NCBI GenBank assembly: GCA_017997715.1 | Contig: JAGOEM010000001.1 | Coordinates: 1,425-65,424, forward strand | DNA length: 64,000 nt | Source: Ottowia sp. | Lineage (GTDB): Bacteria; Pseudomonadota; Gammaproteobacteria; Burkholderiales; Burkholderiaceae_C | Direction: 5' to 3' | Part shown: piece by piece, positions 1 through 10,426 of the stretch | Position numbering within the stretch: position 1 is the first letter of the stretch | Layout: every line of letters begins with the position of its first letter | The notes under the pieces: generated by a model | Databases searched by the model: none | What the model was told of the DNA's origin: nothing | The model's input: only the letters and a program-made list of their open reading frames with translations | Position numbers and translations under genes: made by a program

Positions 1-723
1 GGCACCACCGACACGCCGCGCACCGACCTGCCGCTGGAACCCAACGCCACCGACGCCGAGGTGGACTTCATCCTGCGCGAGGCGGGCAAGTACCTCAAGC
101 GAGCACCTACTCACGCGGATATCAAGAGCCAGTGGGCGGGCCTGCGTCCGCTGGTCAAACCCGGTGGCGCCGAAGGCAGCACCGCAGGCATCAGCCGCGA
201 ACACACGGTGGCGGTGGCGCGGTCCGGCATGGTCACCGTGACGGGCGGCAAATGGACCACCTACCGCGCCATGGCGGCCGACGTGCTGGCGCGCTGCACC
301 CAGGCCGGCGTGTTGCTGCCGCGTGGCGCCAGCGCAACGGCCGGCTTGCACCTGGTTGGCGCGGCCGGGGCGGGCGCAGCGGCGCCAGTGCCACTCAGCC
401 AGCCGCCCGGCCTGCATCTGTATGGCGGCGAGGCGGATCAGGTCAACGCGCTGCCGGGCGCCGCCCATTGGCTGACGCCGGGCCTGAGCGAAGCCATGGT
501 GCGTTTTGCTGTGCGCCACGAATACGCACGCAGCGTGGAAGACGTGCTGGCGCGCCGCTCACGCCTTTTGTTCCTGGACGCCGCCCAGGCCGTCGCCGTG
601 GCGCCAAAAGTTGCCGCAGTGCTGCAGGACGAACTGAATACTGACGGCCAACTGGCGGCATTCCAGGCGCTGGCCGGCGCGTACGGGCCACTTAAATCGC
701 ATTCGCCCGATCACACCGCTTGA
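1..723 (+). CDS. glpD: FAD-dependent glycerol-3-phosphate dehydrogenase, C-terminal part (5' truncated by window)
   Basis: Frame open from base 1 (GTTDTP...); motifs WAGLRPL, SREH, GGKWTTYRAMA, EDVLARRSRL. Confidence 0.85.
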   Translation, partial: GTTDTPRTDLPLEPNATDAEVDFILREAGKYLKRAPTHADIKSQWAGLRPLVKPGGAEGSTAGISREHTVAVARSGMVTVTGGKWTTYRAMAADVLARCTQAGVLLPRGASATAGLHLVGAAGAGAAAPVPLSQPPGLHLYGGEADQVNALPGAAHWLTPGLSEAMVRFAVRHEYARSVEDVLARRSRLLFLDAAQAVAVAPKVAAVLQDELNTDGQLAAFQALAGAYGPLKSHSPDHTA

Positions 724-748
724 CACCCCAAAACCAAAGTGCCAGAAT
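720..748 (+). promoter_or_regulatory. sigma70 promoter of the spc operon
   Basis: TTGACA (720-725), 17-bp spacer, TG-n-CAGAAT (743-748), then GC-rich AGCGGGC discriminator. Confidence 0.7.
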
Positions 749-919
749 AGCGGGCTTCATCCAAATCGGGTGAGGAATCTGCCCCAATCGTTGGAGCGTT
801 GCTGAAGTCTTTCAGCAAGCAGCTTTGCCAACGGCGGGCCCAAGACTGATCCATCAGAGCGCACCGCCAACCGGTTTAGGTTGGCAGTTCTGTTGGGTGC
901 AAGTTGGGAAACATTTGAA

Positions 920-1288
920 ATGATCCAGACTGAATCTCGACTCGAGGTGGCCGACAACACCGGCGCCAAGTCCGTCCTGTGCATCAAGGTGCTGGGTGGA
1001 TCCAAGCGCCGCTATGCAAGCGTGGGCGACATCATCAAGGTGAGCATCAAGGAAGCCGCTCCGCGTGGTCGCGTCAAAAAAGGCGAGATCTACAGCGCTG
1101 TGGTGGTACGTACCGCCAAGGGCATCCGCCGCGGCGACGGCTCGCTCATCAAGTTCGACGGCAACGCCGCCGTGCTGCTCAACAACAAGCTGGAGCCCAT
1201 TGGCACCCGCATCTTTGGCCCGGTCACGCGCGAATTGCGCACCGAACGGTTCATGAAGATCGTGTCGCTGGCTCCTGAAGTCCTGTAA
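920..1288 (+). CDS. rplN: 50S ribosomal protein L14
   Basis: [28 protein letters not shown]...; true start is ATG 920, not 881. Confidence 0.98.
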   Translation: MIQTESRLEVADNTGAKSVLCIKVLGGSKRRYASVGDIIKVSIKEAAPRGRVKKGEIYSAVVVRTAKGIRRGDGSLIKFDGNAAVLLNNKLEPIGTRIFGPVTRELRTERFMKIVSLAPEVL

Positions 1289-1300
1289 GAAAGGCGCGCC

Positions 1301-1618
1301 ATGAACAAGATTCGCAAGGGCGATGAAATCGTCGTGCTGACCGGCCGTGACAAGGGCAAGCGTGGGACCGTGTCTCTGCGTGTCAGCGACGAGCGCGTGT
1401 TGGTCGACGGTATCAACGTCGTCAAAAAGCATTCCAAGCCCAACCCCATGAAGGGTGTGACCGGCGGCATCATCGAAAAATCGATGTCGATCCACCAGTC
1501 GAACGTGGCCATCTATAACAAGGCGACCGGCAAAGCCGACCGCGTTGGCGTCAAAACCCTGCAGGACGGAACCCGCGTGCGCGTGTTCAAGTCCAGCGGC
1601 GAAGAGATCAAGGCCTGA
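1301..1618 (+). CDS. rplX: 50S ribosomal protein L24
   Basis: [23 protein letters not shown] motif; spc operon order. Confidence 0.98.
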   Translation: MNKIRKGDEIVVLTGRDKGKRGTVSLRVSDERVLVDGINVVKKHSKPNPMKGVTGGIIEKSMSIHQSNVAIYNKATGKADRVGVKTLQDGTRVRVFKSSGEEIKA

Positions 1619-1626
1619 GGAAAATC

Positions 1627-2166
1627 ATGGCACGACTGCAACAACACTACCGCGAAAAAGTGGCGCCCGAGCTGATCAAGAAGTTCGGCTACAAATCGCC
1701 CATGGAGGTGCCGCGCATCACCAAGATCACACTCAACATGGGTGTGAGCGAAGCTGTCGCGGACAAGAAGGTGATGGACAACGCCGTCGCCGATCTGACC
1801 AAGATCGCGGGCCAGAAGCCCGTGGTGACCAAGGCCAAGAAAGCTATCGCAGGTTTCAAGATCCGCGAAGAGCAGCCGATTGGCACCATGGTCACGCTGC
1901 GCGGCGTGCGCATGTACGAATTCCTGGATCGTTTCGTGACCGTGGCGCTGCCGCGTGTGCGTGACTTCCGTGGTATCTCCGGTCGTTCGTTCGACGGCCG
2001 CGGCAACTACAACGTTGGCGTCAAAGAACAGATCATCTTCCCAGAGATCGAATACGACAAGGTTGACGCGCTGCGCGGCCTGAACATCAGCATCACCACG
2101 ACGGCCAAGACCGATGACGAAGCCAAGGCGCTTCTGTCGGCCTTCCGTTTCCCGTTCAAGAACTAA
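1627..2166 (+). CDS. rplE: 50S ribosomal protein L5
   Basis: [28 protein letters not shown]. Confidence 0.98.
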   Translation: MARLQQHYREKVAPELIKKFGYKSPMEVPRITKITLNMGVSEAVADKKVMDNAVADLTKIAGQKPVVTKAKKAIAGFKIREEQPIGTMVTLRGVRMYEFLDRFVTVALPRVRDFRGISGRSFDGRGNYNVGVKEQIIFPEIEYDKVDALRGLNISITTTAKTDDEAKALLSAFRFPFKN

Positions 2167-2175
2167 GGTAACGAC

Positions 2176-2481
2176 GTGGCAAAAGTAGCTTTGATCGAGC
2201 GCGAACTCAAGCGCGACAAACTTGTCGCCAAGTACGCCAAGAAGCACGCTGAGCTGAAGGCCATCGCCAACGACGCCAAGCGCAGCGACGAAGATCGCGC
2301 GCAAGCCCGTCTGGCGCTGCAGAAGCTTCCGCGCAACGCCAACCCGACCCGTCAGCGCAATCGTTGCGAACTGACTGGTCGTCCGCGTGGCACCTTCCGC
2401 CAATTTGGTCTCGGTCGCGCCAAGATCCGTGAACTGGCCTTCGAAGGCCAGATTCCTGGCGTGACCAAAGCCAGCTGGTAA
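2176..2481 (+). CDS. rpsN: 30S ribosomal protein S14 (long, non-zinc form; GTG start)
   Basis: [12 protein letters not shown]...IPGVTKASW. Confidence 0.98.
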   Translation: MAKVALIERELKRDKLVAKYAKKHAELKAIANDAKRSDEDRAQARLALQKLPRNANPTRQRNRCELTGRPRGTFRQFGLGRAKIRELAFEGQIPGVTKASW

Positions 2482-2499
2482 TCGGCAGGAGATAACAAC

Positions 2500-2895
2500 A
2501 TGAGCATGAGTGATCCCATCGCCGACCTGTTGACCCGCATCCGCAACGCGCAGATGGTGGCCAAGCAGACGGTGTCGGTGCCGTCCTCCAAAGTCAAGGT
2601 GGCTATTGCCCAGGTCCTGAAGGACGAGGGTTACATCGACGGCTTTGAAGTCAAATCCGACAGCGGCAAATCCGAACTTCTGATCTCGTTGAAGTACTAC
2701 GCAGGTCGTCCGGTCATCGAGCGCATCGAGCGCGTGAGCCGTCCTGGTCTGCGTGTCTACAAAGGCAGCGGCGCAATTCCCCAGGTCATGAACGGCATGG
2801 GCGTGGCGATCGTCACGACACCCAAGGGTGTCATGACCGACCGCAAGGCGCGCGCCACCGGCGTGGGCGGCGAAGTGCTGTGCTACGTGGCCTAA
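2500..2895 (+). CDS. rpsH: 30S ribosomal protein S8
   Basis: [31 protein letters not shown]. Confidence 0.98.
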   Translation: MSMSDPIADLLTRIRNAQMVAKQTVSVPSSKVKVAIAQVLKDEGYIDGFEVKSDSGKSELLISLKYYAGRPVIERIERVSRPGLRVYKGSGAIPQVMNGMGVAIVTTPKGVMTDRKARATGVGGEVLCYVA

Positions 2896-2907
2896 GGAGA
2901 AGTACAG

Positions 2908-3441
2908 ATGTCACGTATCGCAAAAATGGGTGTATCGCTGCCGACTGGCGTCGACGTCCAGTTGAAAGACAATCTGATCACGGTGAAAGGCAGCGGCGGC
3001 GAGCTCAAGCTGGCCCCTAACCCGCTGGTCAAGATCACCGCCGACAACGGCAAGCTGTCGTTTGTCCCGGTCGATGAGTCCCGTGAAGCCAATGCCATGA
3101 GCGGCACCATGCGTCAGCTGGTGAACAACATGGTGGTGGGCGTCAGCAAGGGTTTCGAAAAGAAGCTGAATTTGGTGGGCGTGGGCTTCCGCGCACAAGC
3201 GCAGGGCGCCAAGCTGAATCTTTCGGTGGGTTTTTCGCACCCCGTCAACTTCGAGATGCCTGAGGGCATCAGCGTTGCCACCCCCACGCCGACTGAGATC
3301 GTGATCAAGGGTGCTGACCGCCAGAGCGTTGGCCAAGTCGCCGCCAAGGTGCGCGAAGTGCGTCCGCCCGAGCCCTACAAGGGCAAGGGCATCCGGTATG
3401 CCGACGAACGCGTCGTCATCAAGGAAACCAAGAAGAAATAA
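2908..3441 (+). CDS. rplF: 50S ribosomal protein L6
   Basis: [19 protein letters not shown]. Confidence 0.98.
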   Translation: MSRIAKMGVSLPTGVDVQLKDNLITVKGSGGELKLAPNPLVKITADNGKLSFVPVDESREANAMSGTMRQLVNNMVVGVSKGFEKKLNLVGVGFRAQAQGAKLNLSVGFSHPVNFEMPEGISVATPTPTEIVIKGADRQSVGQVAAKVREVRPPEPYKGKGIRYADERVVIKETKKK

Positions 3442-3452
3442 GGGCCTGCATC

Positions 3453-3818
3453 ATGTTGACCAAGAAAGCTCAGCGTCTTCGTCGTGCACGTCAGACGCGT
3501 ATCCGCATCGCCGACAAAGGCGTCGCACGCCTGTCTGTGAACCGCACCAACCTGCATATCTATGCGACCGTGGTGTCGGAAGACGGCGCCAAAGTGCTGG
3601 CCAGTGCCTCTACCGCAGAAGCCGACATGCGCAAGTCGCTGGGCGCTGCAGGCAAAGGCGGCAACGTCGCTGCTGCGGAAGCCATTGGCAAACGCATCGC
3701 CGAGCGTGCAAAAGCCGCTGGCGTTGAAAAAGTGGCGTTTGACCGTGCAGGTTTTGCATACCACGGCCGCGTCAAGGCGCTCGCCGAAGCTGCCCGCGAA
3801 GCGGGTTTGCAGTTCTAA
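3453..3818 (+). CDS. rplR: 50S ribosomal protein L18
   Basis: [26 protein letters not shown]. Confidence 0.98.
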   Translation: MLTKKAQRLRRARQTRIRIADKGVARLSVNRTNLHIYATVVSEDGAKVLASASTAEADMRKSLGAAGKGGNVAAAEAIGKRIAERAKAAGVEKVAFDRAGFAYHGRVKALAEAAREAGLQF

Positions 3819-3836
3819 GACGGCAGGACTAGACAA

Positions 3837-4358
3837 ATGGCAAAGTTTTACGCTAAGACGCAGGGTGACGGCCCCGAGGACGGCCTGCGCGAAAAAATGA
3901 TCGCGGTGAACCGCGTGACCAAGGTCGTGAAGGGCGGGCGCATCATGGGCTTCGCCGCGTTGACCGTGGTGGGCGATGGCGATGGCCGCGTCGGCATGGG
4001 CAAGGGCAAGTCCAAGGAAGTGCCTGCTGCCGTGCAAAAGGCCATGGAAGAAGCGCGCCGCAACATGCTGAAGGTATCGTTGAAAGACGGCACCATTCAT
4101 CACGACGTGACGGGTCACCACGGCGCCGCAAAAGTCATGATGGCTCCGGCCCCTCGTGGTACCGGCATCATCGCTGGCGGCCCGATGCGCGCTGTGTTTG
4201 AAGTGCTGGGTATCACGGACATCGTGGCCAAGAGCCACGGCACGTCCAACCCCTACAACATGGTTCGCGCCACGTTGGACGCGCTGCGCAGCAGCACGAC
4301 ACCGTCCGAAGTGGCGTCCAAGCGCGGCAAGTCGGTCGAAGATATCTTCACCGCCTGA
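3837..4358 (+). CDS. rpsE: 30S ribosomal protein S5
   Basis: [20 protein letters not shown]. Confidence 0.98.
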   Translation: MAKFYAKTQGDGPEDGLREKMIAVNRVTKVVKGGRIMGFAALTVVGDGDGRVGMGKGKSKEVPAAVQKAMEEARRNMLKVSLKDGTIHHDVTGHHGAAKVMMAPAPRGTGIIAGGPMRAVFEVLGITDIVAKSHGTSNPYNMVRATLDALRSSTTPSEVASKRGKSVEDIFTA

Positions 4359-4372
4359 TTTGGAGTCTTGTC

Positions 4373-4558
4373 ATGGCAACTGAACAGAAAACCGTCAAGG
4401 TTCAGCTGGTGCGCAGCCCGATCGGCTGCAAGGAATCCCACCGCGCGACCGTGCGTGGCCTGGGTTTGCGCAAGCTGAACAGCGTGAGCGAGCTGCAAGA
4501 CACCCCTGCGGTGCGCGGCATGATCAACAAGATCGACTACCTGGTCAAGATCGTCTGA
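4373..4558 (+). CDS. rpmD: 50S ribosomal protein L30
   Basis: VRSPIG...[11 protein letters not shown]...DTPAVRGMI. Confidence 0.97.
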   Translation: MATEQKTVKVQLVRSPIGCKESHRATVRGLGLRKLNSVSELQDTPAVRGMINKIDYLVKIV

Positions 4559-4569
4559 GGAATCGGATC

Positions 4570-5001
4570 ATGGAACTCAATACCATCAAGCCTGCCGACG
4601 GTGCCAACCGCGCGCGCCGACGCGTCGGTCGCGGCATTGGCTCTGGCCTGGGCAAGACCGCTGGTCGTGGCCACAAAGGTCAGAAATCGCGTGCCGGTGG
4701 CTACCACAAGGTGGGCTTCGAGGGCGGTCAAATGCCTTTGCAGCGTCGTTTGCCTAAGCGCGGTTTCAAATCCGTTTCGCTGAAGTACAACGCTGAAGTC
4801 ACCCTGTCGGAACTGGATCGCCTGGATATCACCGACATCGACGTCCTGGCGCTCAAGAAACTGGGCCTGGTGCGTCAAATCGCCAAGGTGGTCAAAGTCA
4901 TCAAGTCCGGCGAGCTCAAGCGCGCTGTCAAGTTGACCGGCGTCGGCGCGACCGCAGGTGCCAAAGCTGCAATTGAAGCGGCAGGTGGTTCACTCGCCTG
5001 A
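4570..5001 (+). CDS. rplO: 50S ribosomal protein L15
   Basis: [30 protein letters not shown]. Confidence 0.98.
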   Translation: MELNTIKPADGANRARRRVGRGIGSGLGKTAGRGHKGQKSRAGGYHKVGFEGGQMPLQRRLPKRGFKSVSLKYNAEVTLSELDRLDITDIDVLALKKLGLVRQIAKVVKVIKSGELKRAVKLTGVGATAGAKAAIEAAGGSLA

Positions 5002-5048
5002 TCGGCAAGTGAATGTCGAAGCTGTTCTGAATTGAAAGTGATTGAGTA

Positions 5049-6365
5049 GTGGCCACTAGCGCAACGCAAATTGCTAAGACCGGTAAGTACGGCGACCTTC
5101 GCCGTCGTCTGGTGTTCTTGCTGCTCGCGCTGGTGGTGTACCGCATCGGGGCGCATATCCCCGTGCCCGGTATCAATCCGGATCAGCTGCGTCAGCTGTT
5201 TCAGGGCCAGCAGGGCATCTTGAACTTGTTCAATATGTTCTCGGGCGGCGCGTTGTCGCGCTTCACCGTGTTTGCCCTGGGGATCATGCCGTACATCTCG
5301 GCGTCGATCATCATGCAGCTGATGACCTATGTCGTGCCAACCTTCGAGCAAATGAAGAAGGAAGGCGAGGCAGGGCGCCGCCGCATTACGCAGTACACGC
5401 GTTACGGCACGCTGGCTTTGGCGCTGTTTCAGTCGTTTGGCATTGCCGTGGCGCTGGAAGCCCAACAAGGCTTGGTGATCAGTCCGGGCTGGGGCTTCCG
5501 GATGACCGCGGTGGTGAGCCTTACGGCCGGCACCATGTTCCTGATGTGGCTGGGTGAGCAGATTACCGAACGCGGTTTGGGCAACGGCATCTCGATCCTG
5601 ATTTTTGCAGGCATCGCGGCCGGTCTGCCGAATGCGGTGGGCGGCATGTTGGAGCTGGTCAATACCGGCGCGATGAGCATCATCGTGGCGATTTTCATCG
5701 TGCTCCTGGTGGCAGCGGTGACGTACTTTGTGGTGTTCGTCGAGCGTGGTCAGCGCAAGATTTTGGTCAACTACGCACGCCGTCAGGTCGGCAACAAGGT
5801 GTATGGCGGGCAATCCTCGCATCTGCCGCTGAAGCTGAACATGGCTGGGGTGATTCCGCCGATCTTCGCATCGTCGATCATTCTGTTGCCGGCCACTGTG
5901 GTGGGCTGGTTCAGCGCGGGTGATTCGATGCGGTGGCTGAAGGACATGGCCAGCGTCTTGACGCCTGGTCAGCCAATCTACGTGATGTTGTACGCGGCAG
6001 CGATCATCTTCTTCTGCTTCTTCTATACGGCGCTGGTGTTCAACAGCCGCGAAACGGCAGAGAACCTGAAGAAGAGTGGTGCGTTCATTCCCGGCATTCG
6101 TCCGGGTGACCAAACTGCCAAATACATCGACAAGATTCTGGTGCGGCTGACATTGGCGGGTGCCATTTACATCACTGCAGTTTGTCTGCTGCCCGAATTT
6201 TTGATCCTTCGCTACAACGTGCCGTTCTATTTCGGTGGAACCTCGTTGCTGATCTTGGTCGTGGTGACGATGGACTTCATGGCCCAGGTTCAGAACTACA
6301 TGATGAGTCAGCAGTACGACTCACTGTTGAAAAAAGCGAATTTCAAAACTTCGTTGCCCGGTTAA
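5049..6365 (+). CDS. secY: preprotein translocase subunit SecY (GTG start)
   Basis: [44 protein letters not shown]. Confidence 0.98.
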   Translation: MATSATQIAKTGKYGDLRRRLVFLLLALVVYRIGAHIPVPGINPDQLRQLFQGQQGILNLFNMFSGGALSRFTVFALGIMPYISASIIMQLMTYVVPTFEQMKKEGEAGRRRITQYTRYGTLALALFQSFGIAVALEAQQGLVISPGWGFRMTAVVSLTAGTMFLMWLGEQITERGLGNGISILIFAGIAAGLPNAVGGMLELVNTGAMSIIVAIFIVLLVAAVTYFVVFVERGQRKILVNYARRQVGNKVYGGQSSHLPLKLNMAGVIPPIFASSIILLPATVVGWFSAGDSMRWLKDMASVLTPGQPIYVMLYAAAIIFFCFFYTALVFNSRETAENLKKSGAFIPGIRPGDQTAKYIDKILVRLTLAGAIYITAVCLLPEFLILRYNVPFYFGGTSLLILVVVTMDFMAQVQNYMMSQQYDSLLKKANFKTSLPG

Positions 6366-6447
6366 CGGATCGACTCGGTTAATTTGTAGAGAAAGCGGGC
6401 AGACGGCGTAACAGGCCAGATGCCTAGATAAGGTTTAGGAGAGTGAA

Positions 6448-6561
6448 ATGAGAGTTTCAGCTTCGGTCAAGAAGATTTGCCGCAACTGCAAGATCATCCG
6501 CCGCAAAGGCGTTGTGCGAGTGATCTGCACAGACCCGCGCCATAAGCAGCGCCAGGGTTGA
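6448..6561 (+). CDS. rpmJ: 50S ribosomal protein L36 (37 aa, zinc-ribbon form; absent from ORF track)
   Basis: Manual translation [45 protein letters not shown] upstream. Confidence 0.97.
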   Translation: MRVSASVKKICRNCKIIRRKGVVRVICTDPRHKQRQG

Positions 6562-6601
6562 GCACAGCTTGCACGCACCAACGTTTTTAGGATAAGAGCT
6601 C

Positions 6602-6967
6602 ATGGCACGTATTGCTGGTATCAACATTCCGCCACACAAGCACGCCGAAATTGGCCTGACGGCAATTTTTGGTATTGGGCGTTCGCGCGCACGCAAGATT
6701 TGCGAAGCTTGTGGCATCCCGTTCGACAAGAAGGTCAAGGACCTGACGGACGGCGACCAAGAGAAGCTGCGCGATTTGCTCGCTCAGTTCATCATCGAAG
6801 GCGATCTGCGTCGCGAAACCACGATGAACATCAAGCGCTTGATGGACATCGGCTGCTATCGTGGCTTCCGTCATCGTCGTGGCCTGCCGATGCGCGGCCA
6901 GCGTACGCGCACCAACGCCCGCACCCGCAAGGGTCCGCGCAAGGCAGCGCAGTCGCTCAAGAAATAA
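6602..6967 (+). CDS. rpsM: 30S ribosomal protein S13
   Basis: [24 protein letters not shown]. Confidence 0.98.
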   Translation: MARIAGINIPPHKHAEIGLTAIFGIGRSRARKICEACGIPFDKKVKDLTDGDQEKLRDLLAQFIIEGDLRRETTMNIKRLMDIGCYRGFRHRRGLPMRGQRTRTNARTRKGPRKAAQSLKK

Positions 6968-6985
6968 TCAAGGAACTGCTGAACC

Positions 6986-7387
6986 ATGGCTAAAGCACCT
7001 AACAACGCAGCTCAGCGTGTCCGCAAGAAGGTCCGCAAGAACATTGCGGACGGTATCGCGCACGTGCATGCGTCGTTCAACAACACCATCATCACGATCA
7101 CCGATCGCCAGGGCAATGCCTTGTCGTGGGCGTCGTCGGGCGGTCAAGGCTTCAAGGGCTCGCGTAAGTCGACCCCTTTCGCGGCCCAGGTCGCGTCCGA
7201 AGTGGCCGGTCGCGCTGCGGTGGACCAGGGCATCAAGAACCTGGACGTCGAGATCAAAGGCCCCGGCCCCGGTCGCGAATCCTCCGTTCGTGCGTTGGCC
7301 GCGCTGGGCATCCGGATCAATTCGATTTCCGATGTGACGCCGGTTCCGCATAACGGCTGCCGTCCACAGAAGCGCCGTCGTATCTGA
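6986..7387 (+). CDS. rpsK: 30S ribosomal protein S11
   Basis: [21 protein letters not shown]. Confidence 0.98.
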   Translation: MAKAPNNAAQRVRKKVRKNIADGIAHVHASFNNTIITITDRQGNALSWASSGGQGFKGSRKSTPFAAQVASEVAGRAAVDQGIKNLDVEIKGPGPGRESSVRALAALGIRINSISDVTPVPHNGCRPQKRRRI

Positions 7388-7484
7388 TTCGCTTCGTTCA
7401 CTAAGCCCACCGCCGCAGCAAACATCGCTTGCGGCTCCCACGGCAAGTTTTGGCCGTGGCAGATGACTCAACAAGGATTTACCA

Positions 7485-8108
7485 GTGGCACGCTATCTTG
7501 GCCCCAAGGCCAAACTCTCCCGCCGTGAAGGCACGGACCTGTTCCTGAAAAGCGCACGTCGCTCGATCAGCGACAAGGCGAAATTTGATTCCAAGCCCGG
7601 CCAGCATGGCCGTACTTCTGGTCAGCGCACTTCTGACTACGGTCTGCAACTCCGCGAGAAGCAGAAGGTCAAGCGCATGTACGGCGTGCTCGAGAAGCAA
7701 TTCCGTCGCTACTTCGAAGAGGCCGACCGCCGCCGTGGTAACACCGGCGCCAACCTGTTGTCGCTGCTGGAATCGCGTTTGGATAACGTGGTGTACCGGA
7801 TGGGCTTTGGCTCAACCCGTGCAGAAGCGCGTCAGCTGGTGTCGCACAAGGCCGTTACCGTGAACGGTAAGCCAGTCAACATCCCGTCGTACATGGTCAA
7901 GACCGGCGACGTGGTGGCTGTGCGCGAACAGTCCAAGAAGCAGAACCGTGTGGTCGAAGCCCTTCAACTGGCCGGCCAAGTGGGTTTCCCAGCTTGGGTG
8001 GACGTGAACGCCGACAAGGTCGAAGGCACTTTCAAGAAAGTCCCGGATCGCGATGAGTTCGCTGCTGACATCAACGAATCGCTGATCGTCGAACTGTATT
8101 CACGCTGA
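7485..8108 (+). CDS. rpsD: 30S ribosomal protein S4 (GTG start)
   Basis: [29 protein letters not shown]. Confidence 0.98.
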   Translation: MARYLGPKAKLSRREGTDLFLKSARRSISDKAKFDSKPGQHGRTSGQRTSDYGLQLREKQKVKRMYGVLEKQFRRYFEEADRRRGNTGANLLSLLESRLDNVVYRMGFGSTRAEARQLVSHKAVTVNGKPVNIPSYMVKTGDVVAVREQSKKQNRVVEALQLAGQVGFPAWVDVNADKVEGTFKKVPDRDEFAADINESLIVELYSR

Positions 8109-8218
8109 TTTTTGCTTTTCAGCACCTTTTTTGTTCCGACCCGCCGCCCTGGCGGGTTTGGTGCTTCGCCAGCCTTACCGGTGTAACGAGCCGGGGGTAT
8201 TGAGAGGAAGTCTAGAGA

Positions 8219-9214
8219 ATGCAAACCCAACTTCTGAAACCCAAAGCCATCAATGTTGAGCCACTGAGCGACAACAAGGCCAAGGTCACCCTTGAGCCTT
8301 TTGAGCGCGGCTATGGCCACACATTGGGCAATGCTCTGCGCCGTGTCCTGCTGTCGTCGATGCTGGGTTATGCGCCCACCGAAGTCACGATTGCAGGCGT
8401 TCTGCACGAGTACTCGAGCATCGATGGCGTCCAGGAAGACGTCGTCAGCATCCTGCTGAACCTCAAAGGCGTGGTGTTCAAGCTCCACAACCGCGATGAG
8501 GTCACCCTGAGCCTGCGCAAGGATGGCGAAGGCGTCGTCACCGCGGCCGACATTCAGACGCCGCACGACGTTGAGATCATCAATCCTGAGCACGTGATCG
8601 CCAATCTGTCGCAAGGCGGCAAGCTGGATATGCAGATCAAGGTCGAAAAGGGACGCGGTTACGTACCAGGCACGCTGCGCCGCTACGCCGACGAGCCGAC
8701 CAAATCGATTGGTCGCATCGTTCTGGACGCCTCGTTCTCGCCCGTCAAGCGCGTGAGCTACGCCGTTGAGAACGCCCGCGTTGAGCAGCGTACCGATCTG
8801 GACAAGCTGGTCATGGAGATCGAGACCAACGGCGCCGTCACTGCGGAAGACGCTGTGCGAGCTTCGGCCAAGATCCTGGTGGAGCAGCTGGCCGTGTTCG
8901 CGCAGCTGGAAGGCAGCGAGCTGGCCGGCGTGTTCGAGCAAAGCGCGCCGCGCAGTGGTGCTTCCAGCTTCGATCCGATCCTGCTGCGTCCTGTGGACGA
9001 GCTGGAGCTGACCGTGCGTTCCGCCAACTGCCTGAAAGCAGAAAACATCTACTACATCGGTGATCTGATTCAGCGCACCGAGAACGAGCTGCTGAAAACG
9101 CCGAACCTCGGCCGCAAGTCGCTCAATGAGATCAAGGAAGTGCTGGCCTCGCGCGGTCTGACACTGGGCATGAAGCTCGAGAACTGGCCGCCTACCGGCC
9201 TGGACAAGCGCTGA
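8219..9214 (+). CDS. rpoA: RNA polymerase alpha subunit
   Basis: [35 protein letters not shown]. Confidence 0.98.
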   Translation: MQTQLLKPKAINVEPLSDNKAKVTLEPFERGYGHTLGNALRRVLLSSMLGYAPTEVTIAGVLHEYSSIDGVQEDVVSILLNLKGVVFKLHNRDEVTLSLRKDGEGVVTAADIQTPHDVEIINPEHVIANLSQGGKLDMQIKVEKGRGYVPGTLRRYADEPTKSIGRIVLDASFSPVKRVSYAVENARVEQRTDLDKLVMEIETNGAVTAEDAVRASAKILVEQLAVFAQLEGSELAGVFEQSAPRSGASSFDPILLRPVDELELTVRSANCLKAENIYYIGDLIQRTENELLKTPNLGRKSLNEIKEVLASRGLTLGMKLENWPPTGLDKR

Positions 9215-9279
9215 TTGGTACTAAAATTGGCCGCTAGCGCCCAGTAGACGGGCGCAGGCAGCTATCAATTTCGAAGTAA
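9215..9279 (-). repeat. family A dispersed repeat, copy A1 (rpoA-rplQ spacer)
   Basis: Minus strand: TTACTTCGAAATTGATAGCTGCCTGCGC-N11-GCGCTAGCGGCCAATTTTAG. Confidence 0.8.
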
Positions 9280-9305
9280 TCGTCCTCATCGGACATTCAC
9301 AGTGC

Positions 9306-9332
9306 AAGGGCCGTACCTGATACGGCGGTCCT
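9306..9332 (+). ncRNA. putative L17 ribosomal leader hairpin
   Basis: GGGCCGTACCTGATACGGCGGTCC directly upstream of rplQ; resembles my recollection of the L17-Actino-Proteobacteria leader candidate; not searched. Confidence 0.5.
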
Positions 9333-9363
9333 CTTAACAAGGTTCCTAGAAGGAAAAAGCACC

Positions 9364-9750
9364 ATGCGACACGGCCACGGACTACGTAAACTCAACCGCA
9401 CAACCTCGCATCGACTGGCGATGTTGCGCAACATGATGAACTCGCTGATCGAGCACGAAGCGATCAAGACCACGGTCCCCAAGGCCAAGGAATTGCGCCG
9501 CGTGGTCGAGCCCATGATCACCTTGAGCAAGACCGACAGTGTGGCCAACCGCCGCCTGGCGTTTGCCCGCCTGCGTGATGACGCCAGCGTTGCCAAGCTG
9601 TTCAACGAACTGGGCCCGCGTTTCAATGCGCGTCCGGGCGGCTACACGCGCATCCTGAAGATGGGTTACCGCGTGGGCGACAACGCCCCGATGGCTTACG
9701 TTGAGTTGGTTGATCGCGCCGAATCATCGGGCGACGACAAAGCTGAATAA
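9364..9750 (+). CDS. rplQ: 50S ribosomal protein L17
   Basis: [27 protein letters not shown]. Confidence 0.98.
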   Translation: MRHGHGLRKLNRTTSHRLAMLRNMMNSLIEHEAIKTTVPKAKELRRVVEPMITLSKTDSVANRRLAFARLRDDASVAKLFNELGPRFNARPGGYTRILKMGYRVGDNAPMAYVELVDRAESSGDDKAE

Positions 9751-9773
9751 ATCTGATATACTCGTAGGCTTAC

Positions 9774-9850
<77 letters not shown>

Positions 9851-9856
9851 AGTTGC

Positions 9857-9887
9857 AAAAAAGCCCACCGATTGGTGGGCTTTTTTT
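9857..9887. terminator. bidirectional Rho-independent terminator
   Basis: AAAAAAGCCCACC-GATT-GGTGGGCTTTTTTT between convergent tRNA and lipoprotein gene. Confidence 0.85.
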
Positions 9888-9935
9888 ATTGGCGCGGCTA
9901 AACGCCCCATGCGCCCGGACGAAGGGCGCGGCAGC

Positions 9936-10424
9936 CTACCAGCCCGCTCGTCTCAAAACGAATGGGCTTTCTTGGGCCGGCTTGCCGTCTTGCGGCAGGG
10001 TTTGCCAGGTACCACGGATTTCCGCGCCGCAACGCGCCGGCGTCAACTGACCGGACCAGAACGCATAAAGGCGCTTGCCGTCCACCGATTCGTCCAGGTT
10101 GAATTCCCCCGCTTCCACGTCGCCCGATGCGATCGAGCGCTGGTTGCCGTAGCGAAATTCACCGCGCAGGCTTTCGTTGAACTCGGGGTGCTGGCGCAGC
10201 GTCAGTTGGCCGCGTTGCTGGGTGGCCGTTAACTCCAGCTCCCACGTGCCATAAAGCTGGGCGGGGCTCAATGTCTTCACGTCTGGGCAGTCGGCCGAGC
10301 CTGCGGCAGCGCTGTCGCTTGTGCCTGGGCTCACGGCACTTCCGCTGCCGGCACATGCAGTGAAGAGCGCGGCGACGGCAAGGACAGAGAGCAACGCGCG
10401 AAGTGGGTGGGTAGTCTTTCGCAT
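9936..10424 (-). CDS. hypothetical lipoprotein
   Basis: Basic N-terminus, hydrophobic stretch, lipobox-like FTA-C; directly follows rep. Confidence 0.7.
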   Translation of the reverse strand: MRKTTHPLRALLSVLAVAALFTACAGSGSAVSPGTSDSAAAGSADCPDVKTLSPAQLYGTWELELTATQQRGQLTLRQHPEFNESLRGEFRYGNQRSIASGDVEAGEFNLDESVDGKRLYAFWSGQLTPARCGAEIRGTWQTLPQDGKPAQESPFVLRRAGW

Positions 10425-10426
10425 GT

